A stretch of 64,000 nucleotides of DNA from a virus (IMGVR_UViG_3300026522_000022:1-64000), one strand, 5' to 3'. Positions 45,514-59,762 are shown, counted from the first letter of the stretch. The notes: generated by a model from the sequence alone, not told the origin. Numbers and translations: made by a program.

Positions 45514-48500
45514 ATGCATAAACAGTATCCTTATTTGCAAGACAGTTATATCTATAAAACAGATTTAGAATGAGAAAATAGAAGTATTTTAAAAGATATT
45601 GACAATTTTAAAAATCAACGTCAATATGTCAAAATAACATTGCTAAATTGAGATGAAGAGCCCATCAAAGAAATCCAAGGAGAGATTTCTACGGGCTCTA
45701 TCTCAAAGACAGCCGATTCTCCCATCCGCCGCACAGCACAGTTGACTTGTGCGGTGGATGCTCATTCTTATTCTGTTGATAATGGAAAAGCTGATTTTGC
45801 GATTAATAAAAAAGTGTTCATTGAAATCGGAGTAAAGAATGAGACGCCGCACTATCAAGATTATCCTATCTTTTGATTTCCAGAAGGTGTTTTCTTCATA
45901 GGTTCATTTGCTATTAATGCTGGCTCTAATTCATCTACCACTATTACTCTTGGATTAAAAGATAAAATGGCTATGCTTAATGGCGATGTTGGAGGTACTC
46001 TTCCCGCAACAACAATTTTTGATTCAATGGATACTCAATTACCAGATGGAACTTATATAGAAAAAAAGGTTTTAATTTATAACATTATTCAAGAACTCGT
46101 TCATCATTATGGCGGAGAAGATTTAAGTCGTATAGTAATTGAAGGTGTACCTTTGCGTATTCGTCGTATTATGCAATGAACTGGAGATACTCCTTTATAT
46201 AAAATTACAACAGCAGAAAATTCTAACGCGGAAGTTGGCTCAGAAGAAGGATTCTATGAATTTACTCTAGAAGAGCCAGATAGTTCTGTTACTTATAATA
46301 AATATGAAAAAGGAGACGATGTTGGTTATATCATGGATGATTTTGTTATCGTCAATGATTTAACTGGCGCGCCAGGAGAATCTGTTACATCTATTCTTGA
46401 TAAAATTAAAAATATTATAGGTAATTATGAATATTTTTATGATGTTTTTGGTGTATTTCATTTTAGAGAAATAAAAAATTATTATGTTACAACGCAGGCC
46501 AGAACTTTATTAGATGAAATGGCTGAAAATGATTATTTAGTAGAGGTCAATAATAATAAAAGTATTTATACTTTTGATGATGAAAAATTGCTTACTTCTA
46601 TTTCAGTAACTCCGCAATATGAAAATATAAAAAATGACTATATTGTAGAGGGGAAAACTACTATAGGTGATAGCAATATTGTTTATCCTGTCCGTTATCA
46701 TCTTGCTATTGACGAAAAACCTAAGCTAATAGGTACAGATAATAGAGATACTATTAGAGCAATGGTTGATTGTACAAAAGAAATAGAAGATATGACTAAT
46801 CAATTAAATCAATTACTGACTAGTCGCGAAAATTCTAGTAAATCATTGACAGATATTTTATATAAAATTCAAATTAATAAAAATTCTATGTCCGATGATT
46901 TAAATACAATAAATACAAAAGACAAACTGTTATTAAAATATTTGCAAAATTATGCTGAAACCAATTGAAGCTATTCAGAACTGACAAAATCAAATAAATT
47001 GTTGTCAGAAGTATGGCTAGAAAAAACTTTTCCGCAAAATAATAATTTGACTTTAAGAGAATATTTAAACGCTTTACCAGAAAAAGAAAATGATGTAACT
47101 GAACAACTTAATAATATCGAAGAACTACAAAAAGCATTAGAAGAAAATCAAGACGTTTTAGAACATTTTACTGATAAAACGGTAGAAAATTTTACTGGCA
47201 ATAAAGATATTTTTAACAATATATCTGAAGTGTCAAAAACAGTAAATAATGCTAAAAGATATGCTGATATTAAAATAGGAGCTTGAGCGCTTAAGGAACA
47301 AGCTTTACAGCAACAGCAAGCCGCTAACAAAAATTCTTTTAATAGTTTTAAACAAAGCTGTATTGATTTATATGACTTTATCCAAAAGCTGCAAGAAAAT
47401 GTTAAAGACAAGAAAAAAATTCTAGTAGGGTCTGCGGAAAATGGTACATTAGAACAAAAGTGAAGAGTTAACAATTATGAATGTTTAGTCAATCGTTCTG
47501 TTAATGGTAAAATTTCTTTTTCTCATAATATTGATTATTTTGAGCAAGATGTTAGAGATGATGACACCTATACGATAACATCTAATAACGCTACAGTAAA
47601 AAAGATTTTACACATTACTGATGACAAATTCCTCTATAGCGATGGATTATTTTTTCAGTTCCTAGAACTATGAAAAGCATACCATGATATAGAAAAAAAT
47701 CAAGATTTAGCAAAAATTAATCAACTACAGAATCAAATTGCTAAATATAACGAACAGCAAGGAACTTTCCAATTTGTAAAAAATCCTAATCAGTCTAAAA
47801 AATATTATGGAGCTTATCCAACAGAAGAAACAAGTACAACCGCTGATAATTTTCAAGAAATGATTTTATACACGCATCCTAGGAATGGGGTTAATTGCGC
47901 GGCTTATGTAAAAGTTGTAGATAATTTGCCCGATGTTGGTAATTTTAATTTAATATACAAAGAAGGAAATACTTATTATTATTGAGACGGGCAAATGTAT
48001 AAAGAAGTTAAAGTTTTAGCGGCTTATGATAATGCGGCAGATGAAAACAAATATTATGCATATGATTGACGCACAAAATTATATCTTGATGGATTGAAAG
48101 GTGTTATTAATGGCACTGACCAAGGATATTATTTTGCAGAGCTTTCCGCATTCTGGCCGCAAGTTTATGATTTAACTGAGCAGAAATTCTTTGGAGAGAA
48201 AGAGGACAAATCAACTCATTTTAAAACTCTAACTTCAAGCGGAACATATTATTTAGACTTCTTAGATTCAATCTCTACTTCTTTTGGAGAATGAAGTGTT
48301 AAAAATATTGGGAGACGCTCAGATGTAATTGTAAAAGAAGAAATTAATTGCTTATTTCAGCCAGAAATTCCAAATGTAGTTATTTTACCCGCAAATTCTT
48401 TAGATTTAAGCGTAGCAAATCGTTCTTCGTCTGATACAATTTTTACTTATAATAATCGAGCATTAGAAAGTGATATGACTTTAGAAGAATTAAGAAACGA

Positions 48501-48807
48501 AGCTAAAATTAATTTTTATCCTTGGACGCAAGTTGATTCTTCTATTTATTCACAATTACTTACTGGTGGTTATAAGAATGGAGCTTTTGACCAAATTAAA
48601 TATGAACTATATTTACATACTAGATATCAAAAAGCTATATCTATGACTAGCATACCAGTATTTTATTTAGAGCCAAATAATAGAATTACAATTAACGATA
48701 CAACAACAAATACTTATGGAGATTTTGTTGTACAAAGTATTAATTTAACATTAGGGCCTGGTGCAAATATGTCAACTACATGCAATGAAATTGCAGAAAG
48801 ATTTTAA
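45514..48807 (+). CDS. tail hub/baseplate-like protein (code 4, 1097 aa)
   Basis: LLNWDEEPIKEIQG, IFWFPEGVF, C-terminal PVFYLEPNNRI; joined by TGA. Confidence 0.8.
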
Positions 48808-48816
48808 GGAGGGGAT

Positions 48817-49917
48817 ATGACTATTAGAATCCAACAAATATCAAATGACAATCAGATTTCTTTTGCGGAAGAGCAACTAGTTAAGTCATATCCGCCTAAT
48901 CTTGATGAAGACCTCGACTTTCAACAATTAGTTTTAAAATTACCAAATAACGCTGTTTTTGAACAAAATAAAGATTATTTAATTACAGTTAAACTTCCTC
49001 AAAATCGTTATTATGATATGAATTTTGGGGTTAGATTGATGAACCTTGATTCAAGTAACTCTGGGGCTGATTTAAGAGATATAACTAATTATCAATTTAT
49101 TAAATTTATTACAGTACCTAAAATAGAAAAGTCTGATTTAATCCCAGAAACGGTTTGATTATATCAAATAAATTATGGTAATCGCGAAAATACTATTAAT
49201 GCGGCCTTAGCTATAAAATTTTCTATTGATTCTAGTCAAATTGTAGATATGGAATCTTTTGTAGATGCCATTAAACGAGATGAACGATATAACGAGATTA
49301 AGAATCGAGCAAATAAATTTTTCTATTATTCAGGAAAAGATGTAGAATATGCATGTTATTTTGATTATAACGGACAAGAAATTAGAGAGGCCGCAGACGG
49401 AAGAAACGCGATAGTAAATTATTTTCAGCAGAACGGTGATACAAAATATGCAACGATTGAACCAAACTTAATGTTAAATAATTTTAATATTGCAAAATCA
49501 GAAAAACAAAAGATGGAAATTAGTTTTGTTATTCACCCTGAATCAAATTATAATGCTATTTTCCTGTGTCTAAAGTTGATTGAAACTGATAATGATATAC
49601 AATGGATAGACCCAGAAAATAATAATGTTATGCATGGTCGATATGTTGATATGGATACGAAACCTACTTGAAGTTATGTCCAATTAAATAATATCTTAGA
49701 GAGCATACCTGGAAGAAAAATAAAAACTATTGGAGTCTGGGGACGCTCAGAACAAATAATGGCAATTAATGGACAAGAAATAAAAATTGGCCCGAGTGGA
49801 TATTTTGAATTGGATGTTTCCGGCATTACTGGTTTAGATATTAATTCTTTGGCTATTGCAAATACTGATAAAAATGACAAATATACTGTAGATATACAGT
49901 ATGAGTTAACCACTTAA
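48817..49917 (+). CDS. hypothetical tail protein (code 4, 366 aa)
   Basis: 2 TGA; C-terminal INGQEIKIGPSGYFEL. Confidence 0.75.
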
Positions 49918-49933
49918 ACAAAGGAGGTACTTT

Positions 49934-51472
49934 ATGGACAGCTTTTATGGAGGTAAACAAGGTATCTCCTTTATTATTAAAGAACGTTTCAAAACTATTG
50001 ATGAAATGAATAACACTTTCTCAGACCCAAACTATGAGAAAGTTTGATATGGCGAATATTGTATCATAGATACTGATAATAAAAATAATCCCGATAATGG
50101 TAAAATCTTTAGGAGAACAGCAAACTCCGCTGTCTCTAATAAATCACCTATTTATTATGAATATATAGGTCAAGTAGTAGGCCCCGCAGGTGGAGTCCCA
50201 AATATTGAGTTAAAAAATTTAAATGATTTTAAAACAAATTTTCAAAATTTAAATCTTAATAATAATGGAATGGTGTATTATCCTGTTTTATCAGATAATA
50301 AAATTGAATATATATCAGAAACAAATACAGAAAACGGTAAGCCTACAAGCACCCCCGCATTTTTTTCTGATGATAATTCTGTTATTTATAAATCTGGTAA
50401 AGATTATTATAAACACACAAATTCAAGTGGTTCGCCTGCACCAATAACGCCCGTATTTAAATATGGGTTTTATACTTTCCAAGGAACAACTAAAGATAGT
50501 ACAACAGGAGAGTTTCCAATTGCTACTGTTGGATTAGGTTTTGAAATTCCTTATGTAGATTTTGACGTAAAAGTTAATCCTACTCCAGCATTTTATAGTG
50601 GGGAAGTTAGTATAGAGACAGAAAAGCATAATAATTTTTATAACACTTATACCCTTACAATTCCCCAGGGTGTTCCTGGCTCTTTTATAGGAAATATTCA
50701 TAAAGAATCTACAACAACAGATTCTGCTTCTTTCTATAAATTAGATGAAGATGTTGACTTTATTAATCATAAATTGATGTCAACAGCGGAGAAAAAGCCT
50801 TCTTCTTCTACTAGTGTATTAGTGGGTAATTATTATTATTATGATTCAAAAAATGGCATAACCACTATTATGGATCCAACAATTGCAGCCTCACCTGCAA
50901 AATTTTTAATAAGTAATAATCATGAAGCATCTATAACTTTAAATTCAACACCAACTTCTAATGATTTTGGTAAATTTAGTGTAAATTATACGGATAATAT
51001 AGGATCAACTTATACATATTTACCTTTATTGAAATCTTTAAAAACAGTTCCAGAATATGATTCTAACGGTAATGTTAAAAAATATCAGTTAAAAGCAACA
51101 TACCAAGGAACATCACAAGGTGCTTCAGTTACTTATTCAATAGGAGATGCGGGACCAACTTATTGAGGTGTTTATGGTCATCGTCTTACACAAGAAGATA
51201 TTACCAAGTCTAATGGTCCAAAGAATGGTAGTGGAAACCTTGGTTTTGTCGCTGACAAAACTTCTGTAACATTTTATTATTGAAACGGTAGTTTATGAGA
51301 AGCGCTTGGAACAACAGCCGAAAATAAAATCACAAATATTAATTTTGTTGATCCTGCGGGCAATAATATTTTCAATATTCAAGATAAAGATCATCCTGTT
51401 ATTTTTAAAAGTTTTGAAGAACCACAAAATGAAGGTCCTATAATTACTTTTCCGGAGCGGCCATGAGAATAA
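49934..51472 (+). CDS. hypothetical tail protein (code 4, 512 aa)
   Basis: MDSFYGGKQG start after AAGGAGG; TGA read-through to TAA. Confidence 0.75.
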
Positions 51473-51729
51473 TTCAATTAAGTAAATTAAATTTATCTTC
51501 TATACCAACTAAAGGTATAGTTCATATAGGCATGGAACACTTACATTCTAAACCTATTTATGTAGCTGAAAAAATTATAAATATGGATGAAAATGTAAAT
51601 GATTATAAAATTAATGAATGTGATTTATTGGAATTTAATCATATTTATGAAAAAAACAGTCTTTCACTTATTGATAATTTAAGTGATTACGATATCATTA
51701 CTATCGTATATGATGAAACGGAAAAATAA
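51463..51729 (+). CDS. hypothetical protein
   Basis: 88 aa, overlaps the previous gene end. Confidence 0.65.
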   Translation: MRIIQLSKLNLSSIPTKGIVHIGMEHLHSKPIYVAEKIINMDENVNDYKINECDLLEFNHIYEKNSLSLIDNLSDYDIITIVYDETEK

Positions 51730-51741
51730 TAGGGAGGATGA

Positions 51742-52146
51742 ATGGCTATTACAAATATTTTTAAAGAGAAGGTGCGTCATCCTTCTGAAGATAATCAATG
51801 AATTACAATGCGAGACGTAGTTTCAGAGGATGGAAAAACTAATACTATTCGTTATTATGATGGAGAAAATAATCTTCTTAATGTAGGTTCTGAACAAGCT
51901 CCTACTTATATAAACGCAGGTGAATTTAAATCTATTGATGTTAATTTAGATGATTTAAATTTATTTGATGGCACAGTCGGCAATAAAAATAATATTGATA
52001 CAAAGATACAAGTAACTCCAGATGCTATTAATCTTACTATTAATGATACTGTTCTTAGTGAATTGAAAGAAATTGCATTCAGCACAAGCAATACAGATTC
52101 TAATACACTTAGAATTATAGAGGAAGAAGGTGAAAATAATGGCTAA
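51742..52146 (+). CDS. hypothetical protein (code 4, 134 aa)
   Basis: RBS GGGAGG; one TGA (NQWIT). Confidence 0.7.
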
Positions 52147-53218
52147 TATTTTTTATGCATTTTGAGAAAAAATCAATAAAAAATTAGTTCCTAGAAACGT
52201 TAAATTTAACGAAACTTCCTCTAATTATATTTTTACTCTTCAAAACGCCAATGGAAGCGAAGAAAGCACTAGAGAAAATTTAGTATCTTTTGCAGTACCT
52301 AAACAATATGGATTAAGTGAGAAAGACAAAGCAAAATTAGATAAAGTTTGAGACATGGATGCACAGCTTGGCGGATTTACTTCAGAACAATGGCAAACTT
52401 TAGTAGATGTTTCACATGCTTTTAAAGGCGTAAATAATAATATTACAACACTTAAAAATCAAGTTGACACTCTTGAAGGTCAAGTTGACACTCTTGAAGG
52501 AGAAACAGATAAGACCGATTCAAAAAATGAAGCTTCATCTTCTTCTGCAGGATATATGTCTGCCACAGATAAAACTGCTTTAGATACATTAAAACAATAT
52601 AGTCAACGATATGCTTTAATATATGCCACTGAGAATTCGACTCAACCAGATGAATATGCAACAATTGTTTTACAAACTGGGGAAAAAACTCAATACGATC
52701 AATATGGTTTTAAATTTAACAATGTTACTTTTAATAAAAGCATTGCTACTATACAAGAAGATCAAACTCGAATAAAAATTAATCAAAGTGGTGTTTATTT
52801 AATTTTAGCTACGGGGTGTATTCTTCCGCAATTACAAGACTGAGTTACAAGACAGTCTAATTGTTTTACAATGAGAATAATACACGGCAAACCTACTGAT
52901 AGTACACCTCTTGCCGTAGATGGAGAAAAAGTTACAGGCGGAAGAAGTATTGCATCTTCCAATGCTTATTTTTATGAAAATTTATACACTTCTGGTACCA
53001 CTTTTACTGTAGCAAAATTAGAAGCAGGAGATATGTTAAGTTTGATCGCAACTATCCCTGTTACAGCAAGAATTCAAATGAGACATTATAATAGCAGAAT
53101 ATTTTTATTTAATATATTATCAACCCAACAATCAGAATTTATGCCAGAAGATCCAGTTAAGCTTGCTCCCGATGCGGATGCATCAGGCGATGATAATAAT
53201 ACGCAACAGGAGGGATAG
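52139..53218 (+). CDS. fibre-like protein with coiled coil and C1q/BclA-like head (code 4, 359 aa)
   Basis: QVDTLEG tandem repeat, AGYMSATDK fibre motif, IKINQSGVYLI...LEAGDMLSL. Confidence 0.7.
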
Positions 53219-53221
53219 TAA

Positions 53222-54091
53222 ATGACTAAAAAAATAATACAATATAGAAAAGATAAAACCTCCGATTGACAAACAATAACCCCAGCAGACATTAAAGCCG
53301 CTCCTGAAAATCACAATCATACTGTTAATGATATTAATGGAGTATTACCAGTTAATAAAGGTGGAACTGGGCAGCAAACAGTAGAAGCAGCTCCTTTTGT
53401 AAAAAAAGGAAATGGGATTAATACTGCTTTTATAGATGCTAACTGAAATAAATTTCAGCCTATGAACATTTGAACGAATAGTTCAGATCAACCTGTAACC
53501 TCAAATTATGGTTTATGTATAAGTACCATGCATCCGTTTCTTTTTAACGCAAATACATCGCCTCAAACAATTTGAACTGGATTAACGACTAAAAATGTAG
53601 GTAAATGAGTAGAAACTAAGATATGGACAGGACTAGGTAACTATTTAAGTGCAAAAGTAAGAGCATTTTACACAAATGATTATTTACAATTATTTTATAT
53701 TAATATTTGAGATGAAACAACATCTGGTAGCAATTTACAATTAGCATATGAAATTGCATATGAAAGTTGAGTAGCACCACATCATGAAAATGACCGTGGT
53801 GCACCACTATATTTTAAAGCACAAACAAATTCTCCTTTATATAAAAATTCTGATTTTTTTGATGGTTACTCTACGGCTCTAGTTCGTGGTGCTATACGTT
53901 TTGGTTATTATCTTGGAACAGCTCAAATAAAAACTACCGATGGAATAACAGATGCAAATATATATTTAGTATGTGATAATACTAATACTGGTATACATAT
54001 AATAACAACTACTAGTTTTACTAATGCGAAATCCATAACATTTTCAGGCATTTTTCCTTATTCATTAATTGGACTAAGCACTACAAAATAA
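53222..54091 (+). CDS. tail fibre/receptor-binding-like protein (code 4, 289 aa)
   Basis: HNHTVNDINGVLPVNKGGTG fibre motif; 7 TGA; missed entirely by the ORF track. Confidence 0.75.
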
Positions 54092-54098
54092 GTTAATA

Positions 54099-54135
54099 GG
54101 GCAAACTCTAATAAATAGAGTTTGTCCTTTTTTAA
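54099..54135 (+). promoter_or_regulatory. putative late-promoter motif overlapping a terminator hairpin
   Basis: GGGCAAA-N24-TTTTAA; GGGCAAACTCTA/TAGAGTTTGTCC stem plus T-tract. Confidence 0.6.
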
Positions 54136-54249
54136 TTTATATAGATTGTGAACAAAGACAGACTAAATGTTTGTCGTTGAGATAGTGTGGCATAATTCAT
54201 TTTGAAGGTTTATCTTTAGAATTAACTGTTAGTTAAAGGGAGTGGATAC

Positions 54250-54768
54250 ATGAGTGAAGTTAACTTTTTATTCACTCACTTATCAACAGAGGAAATTGTT
54301 GTATTAGTCGTAGTCATGGTGCTGGCGGTAAAAGCAGTATGATCTGCGGTTGAGTGAATATGGAATAAAATAAAAAACAAATTGGATATAGAAAACGCCC
54401 AAGAGCAATGGGAAGAAAAAGTTTCTAATCAACTTGAAACACTAGATAGCAAAATCGACAAATTAGAAATTCAAAATCAAAAAACACATGAAGAACAAGA
54501 TAAAATGCACGATCAATTAAAACTTGTCCAAGAGAGGCTACAAGAAAATACAAGGTCATATTTAATTGACGCGCATCATAAGTTTTGTTATCAGATAAAA
54601 TCAATAGATGATATTAATTTACAATCTATTGAAAGAAGATACTTATATTACAAAGCTGCGGGTGGTAACTCATTTATTGATGGTTTAATGGATGAAATTA
54701 GAGCATTACCTCGAATAAATATTTATACTATAGACAAAGAAAATGAAGAAAAAGATGGGAGGGATTAA
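54250..54768 (+). CDS. membrane-anchored coiled-coil protein, holin-associated type (code 4, 172 aa)
   Basis: N-terminal TM, 2 TGA, YKAAGGNSFI motif. Confidence 0.7.
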
Positions 54769-56288
54769 TGCCGGCAGACTTAAAGAAAAATGTTATTAAC
54801 ATGAAGCATCTTAGCCAAGACATTGATGACCCCATCGTAGTAAATGCGGCAGATGCTAATGGCCGCACTCTTGAAATAATTTTTACTCAAGAGGCTGCCG
54901 CGCAATTAACACCTAATACAAAAGTTTATCTCTCTTGGTATCACCAACAACAAAAAATTAAAGGATATAATGTTTTCACTTATATTCCCGGAGATAACCC
55001 TAAGAGAGATCCTTACAGATGACAAATCTTCTACCCGCAATCAATGTTATATTGCGGTGACGTACTCGCTTGCATAGAACTTGTAGACGACGTATCTATC
55101 GCCGCATCTAACAATTTTATGATTCATGTATTAGAAGATCCTAATGATGGCTCTACTTTTGTAGTTTCAGATGATTTTTCTGAATTTAAAAACGCAGTTA
55201 TCGCTTTAAACAATACTGCCGATAGAATCACCGCAGAATTTGAAGATATGAAAGCGCAGCATCAATATGTTCTTCAAACAGTTGAAAGTTTTGAAGATGA
55301 TATTGAAGATTTAAGACAGCAACTTGCAGAAATTCAAACTCAAGTTGATGAATCATTAAGAGTTAGAATGGATGCGGCAGAAGAGAATATTGAAGATTTA
55401 GATAATAGAGTCGCCGCACTTGAAGAAAATGATACTAATTGAACAGAAACAATTAATCAAGCTAGACAAGAAGCAATTGCAACTTCTGTTGAACAATCAA
55501 ATGTTGTCATTGAAAAAATATATGGTGGTCCGCCTGACAGTTTTATTTTCCGTTATGTTTTCCGTCAAGGTGGCACTCAAATTGAAAATGGTAGAATTGA
55601 TATTGCCAAAGACATGGTTGCTACAAGTGGTAGTTTAGTATATCCTACCCCACAACGACCTATTGAAATAAACGGAACAACAATTACATCTGGTACATAT
55701 ATTAGAATGACTATTGCTAATGGTCAGCCTTTCTATATTAATGTAGCAGATTTAATTGAATACAATACTTTCCAAAATACAGATGAAATTATTATTACTG
55801 ATATTGATCACTCTGTAACAGTTAGAGTTGGCGAAATTCTCGCTAATAAAATCATATATCAAGAAGAAGTTTTACCTCAAAATTTAGGTTCTGTTGAATT
55901 TTATAAAAATGAACCAGATGATATACAAGCTTGAAGTGAAAATGCTTCAGATATTCTTGCGGCGCTTGCAGAGAACAATGTAAGTGGCAACGATATTGTT
56001 AAAATTAATGTAGATGGCAATGTTTATGAATATTCTGTCCATCCAGATTTAACACAACTGCCGCAACAAGCTTACTTATATCCAACAGACGAAAATAGTG
56101 ATTTTAGTAAGATTTATCTTACTCAAGATGGACTAAGCGATATTGGATGCCCTGCTGAATGAGAGGGTGGGACAGTGTCATTTACAATTGGTGAGTCACA
56201 ACCAAAACAAACTGTGACAGAAGCTATTGATGAACTACAAGATGCTGTTTCAGGATTAACTTGGAAATGGCTAACTCCTAGTTCCTAG
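54768..56288 (+). CDS. BppU-like upper baseplate/fibre protein (code 4, 506 aa)
   Basis: N-terminal ADANGRTLEI domain, coiled coil; 4 TGA. Confidence 0.65.
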
Positions 56289-56310
56289 TAAATAGAAAAG
56301 AGATAAAAGG

Positions 56311-57420
56311 ATGAAAAATAAAGTTTGCGTTTACGCGATTGCGAAAAATGAGTCTAAGTTTGTGGAGACGTGGGTCAAGTCTATGTCGGCCGCGGACCAT
56401 ATCATAGTTTTAGACACTGGTTCTGAGGACAATACTGTTGAACTTCTTCAATCTCTTGGAGTGGAAGTTCACGAAAAGACATATGAACATTTTAGATTTG
56501 ACGATGCCCGCAACGATAGCTTAGATTTAGTCCCAGATGAATATAATATTAGAGTTTGTACAGATTTAGATGAACGTTTTGATAACGATAATTGAGCTCA
56601 AATTCTCAAAGATAACTGAGACCCCGAAAGACCTAGAGCTGTTTATCATTATGTTTGAAATCATACCGCAGATGGAAAACCTGGACTTGAATTTGATATT
56701 AATAAAATTCATGGAACAGACCCTAATTTGCGGTGGGCAGGTGCTGTACACGAACATCTAACATTCATGGATACCGGTAAACGCGAATTTGATAAATTCA
56801 TTGATTTACGTGATAAAATTACTTTGCATCATTATGCCGACTTAACAAAGGATAGAAAATTTTATATCCAACTCGCAGAAGAGCGCATTAAAGAAAATCC
56901 AGATGACAGTCAAGCATATATCTTAGTTGGTAATGAGTATCGAGCTAAAGGCTACCCCGCCAAAGCTGTTATGATTTATCAAGAAGTGCTTAATAAATTT
57001 TCAAGTGAAATGAACACTGTTGAATTGGCTGCTCTTTATTATGCTCTTGGAGATGCATATTATAAAGATAAAGATGCGGTAAACGCTATGGTAGCTTTCT
57101 CTCATGGAATTGCTTTACATAAAACATATAGAGATAACTATTATGGTTTAGCTATTATTTTAATTAATAATAATATGTTAGAGGCTACAGTCGGTGTAGT
57201 TAAAGAAGCATTAAGAAATACAAAACAAGAATTTTTCTGAATGGAAGATGCAATGTCATGGACATATCCCTTATATGATATTTTAGCCGATGCATATGCT
57301 AGGCTTGGAGATTATGAAAATGCCGTTGCAGCCGCCGCATGTGCTCTTAGTTATGAACCTTCAAACAAAGCTTTGCAAAGTAATTATAATAAATATTTAC
57401 AACTGTTAAAAGGTCGATAG
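56311..57420 (+). CDS. GT2 glycosyltransferase with C-terminal TPR repeats (code 4, 369 aa)
   Basis: VYAIAKNE, VLDTGSEDNT, FDDARN, DLDE (DxD), WAGAVHEHL; helical TPR-like tail; 4 TGA. Confidence 0.88.
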
Positions 57421-57440
57421 AAGAGGGGGTGAATATAAGT

Positions 57441-57887
57441 TTGACCCGAGTAAAATTTTACACAGGACGGAAAGAAGATTTAGAAAACCATGAATTAGAT
57501 AATGGTACAATCTATTTCCTCTCTGGTGATGATAACCATGCTACAGTAGCATATGATATGAATAATTTTAGATATTATGTGGCTAGGCCAACAATTAAAA
57601 CTCTATCTCAATTGACCGCAGATTGAGTACCTGATGTTGGAGAAATTATTATTGTATCAGATGCAACTATTGTAAATGGAGTACCTGAGCCATATGTAAA
57701 AATTGGTGACGGTAAAACTAATTCACAATTACTTCCATTCATAGGAGAAAGTTCTAGAATTGATTTATTAGAACAAAGATTAGACCAACATATTAATGAT
57801 GAACATATCCATTTTGAACAAAGTGTAACGGGTACAACTTATATAGTATCAAAATATACCCCAACAGGAGAGGAAATAGGAGCATAG
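57441..57887 (+). CDS. hypothetical fibre-associated protein (code 4)
   Basis: DWVPDVGEIIIVSD...KIGDGKT...LPF fibre N-terminal-like motif; W encoded by TGA. Confidence 0.7.
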
Positions 57888-57888
57888 G

Positions 57889-59154
57889 ATGGCGAATTTA
57901 CCATATATTGACAAGATAAGCGTTAATGGTACATTATATGATATACATGACGCTCGTCTTGAAAATGTTAATTTCTTAAATTTCGCAGGAGTTAGTGATG
58001 AAACTGATTGACCTGTAGATAGAACTGCACTAACTTCAACAGAAATTGATACTTATAGTGTCGGCGATGTTGTTATTAATACAACAACTAATAAAGAATT
58101 TGTTGTTATTGAAAAAGGCGACCCTGCCGCGAAATACTGGGCAGAATTTGGTGATGCTAGTAATTTAGGTGGAACTAGTTTACAATATGTAACTGCACAA
58201 GGTAGTTATACACCTGTTGGACAAATTAGCAGTTCAACTGCTGTAGTTACTGCCACTGGTGCATATACACCTTCTGGTAGTGTAACAACTTCTGCAACCA
58301 CTCTTACTTCTAATGGTAATTATACTCCTTCTGGATCAATTGCTTTAACTCAGCCAACAGATGGAACAAGTATCTCATTAACTGGTTCTTACACACCTGC
58401 GGGTACCAATACAATTACACAATCTACTGATGGTACTGCTATTTCAGTAACAGGTACATATAGTAAAGCTACTGGTTTTAATGGAACAACTGCTACAATT
58501 ACTTCAACTGGAAGTTATACTCCAAGTGGCAGTATTAGTGTTGTACTTCCAACCGCTTCAATTGGTAAAGTAACTGCGGTAAGCACTGCATCTAAAAATG
58601 TTGTTTCTAGTGTTAGCACTGGCACAGTGGCAACTGTTAATACATCAGTAACAAACAATACCTTAGTTTTAGGCACAACAACTGCTGTTACAAGAGTAAC
58701 AACAGCAGCTCAAACTATAGTTACTGGTGTTACAACTGCCGCACAAACGGTGGCTACAGGTCAACCTACAACTAAAACATTTACAGGTGATGCTGCTACA
58801 CTTTCCGTTACAACTAGCTACAAACCTGCTGGTTCAATTACAAATACAGACACAACAATTACTTCTAGTGGTAAGTTAAAGGTAATATTCTCTGGTACTG
58901 CTGCTACTATTACTACTACTGGAAAACTTAAAGCTGCCTTTACTGGTACAGCTGCCACAATTAGTGTTACAGGTAGTTATACTAAGCCTACTGGATTTAG
59001 TGGAAATGCTGCTACTATTTCTGTCACTGGTAATTATAACAATGCTACTGGATTTAATGGCATTGCTGGTACAGTTACAGTTGTTTCTGCTAGAAGATTT
59101 GCGGCTGAAGGCGCAGATGACACTATCACTCCCGCACAAGGAAGTGATTTCTAA
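57889..59154 (+). CDS. Thr/Ser/Gly-rich repeat fibre protein (code 4, 421 aa)
   Basis: Repeated (T)GSYTPxGS and FxGxAATIS units; one TGA. Confidence 0.8.
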
Positions 59155-59762
59155 TGGCTATAGCTGAACCAACTGCTGATAATATAACTAAATATTGAGT
59201 TACAGATACTCAATTACAACTATTGGCGAATGCAATTAGAAAGGAGGGCGGAACAACCGCCCTCCTTACTTATCCAGATGGTTTTGTAAGTGCTATTAAT
59301 AGTTTAGATCATGTTAAAACTGAAAGTTTAAATGTAGCATGGCCTGCGGAATATAATAACATATATTGGACTACGCAAACTGAATTACAAAATATCGCAA
59401 ATGCTATTAGAAGCAAAAATTCAAGCTCTGAAACTTTAACATTTTTAGAAGATTTTGTGGATAATTTGGTTATTGTTAATGAAACTTCAGAAAAATTATA
59501 TCATATTTATCCTGGAAATGGAAATGAAATTTTTGCGGCTATAGACTGGCCAAATCAAGGTTTTAATAAATTTATAAATGATATCCCAGCTGGAACATGA
59601 TTTACACCCTTAAATGCTTCTGGTGATGCTGTGTATCGTGGAACAATAACATTTTTTAAAAAATCAACTCAAGAGCAAGTTTCTTTACCACGACGTACCT
59701 TACAACAAGCTTTCTGGATTTATCAAATGCCAGATTATGATATAATTGTATATATTTCTTAA
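59154..59762 (+). CDS. hypothetical protein with duplicated YWxT..L..IANAIR domain (code 4, 202 aa)
   Basis: Internal repeat; 2 TGA; ends TAA. Confidence 0.75.
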
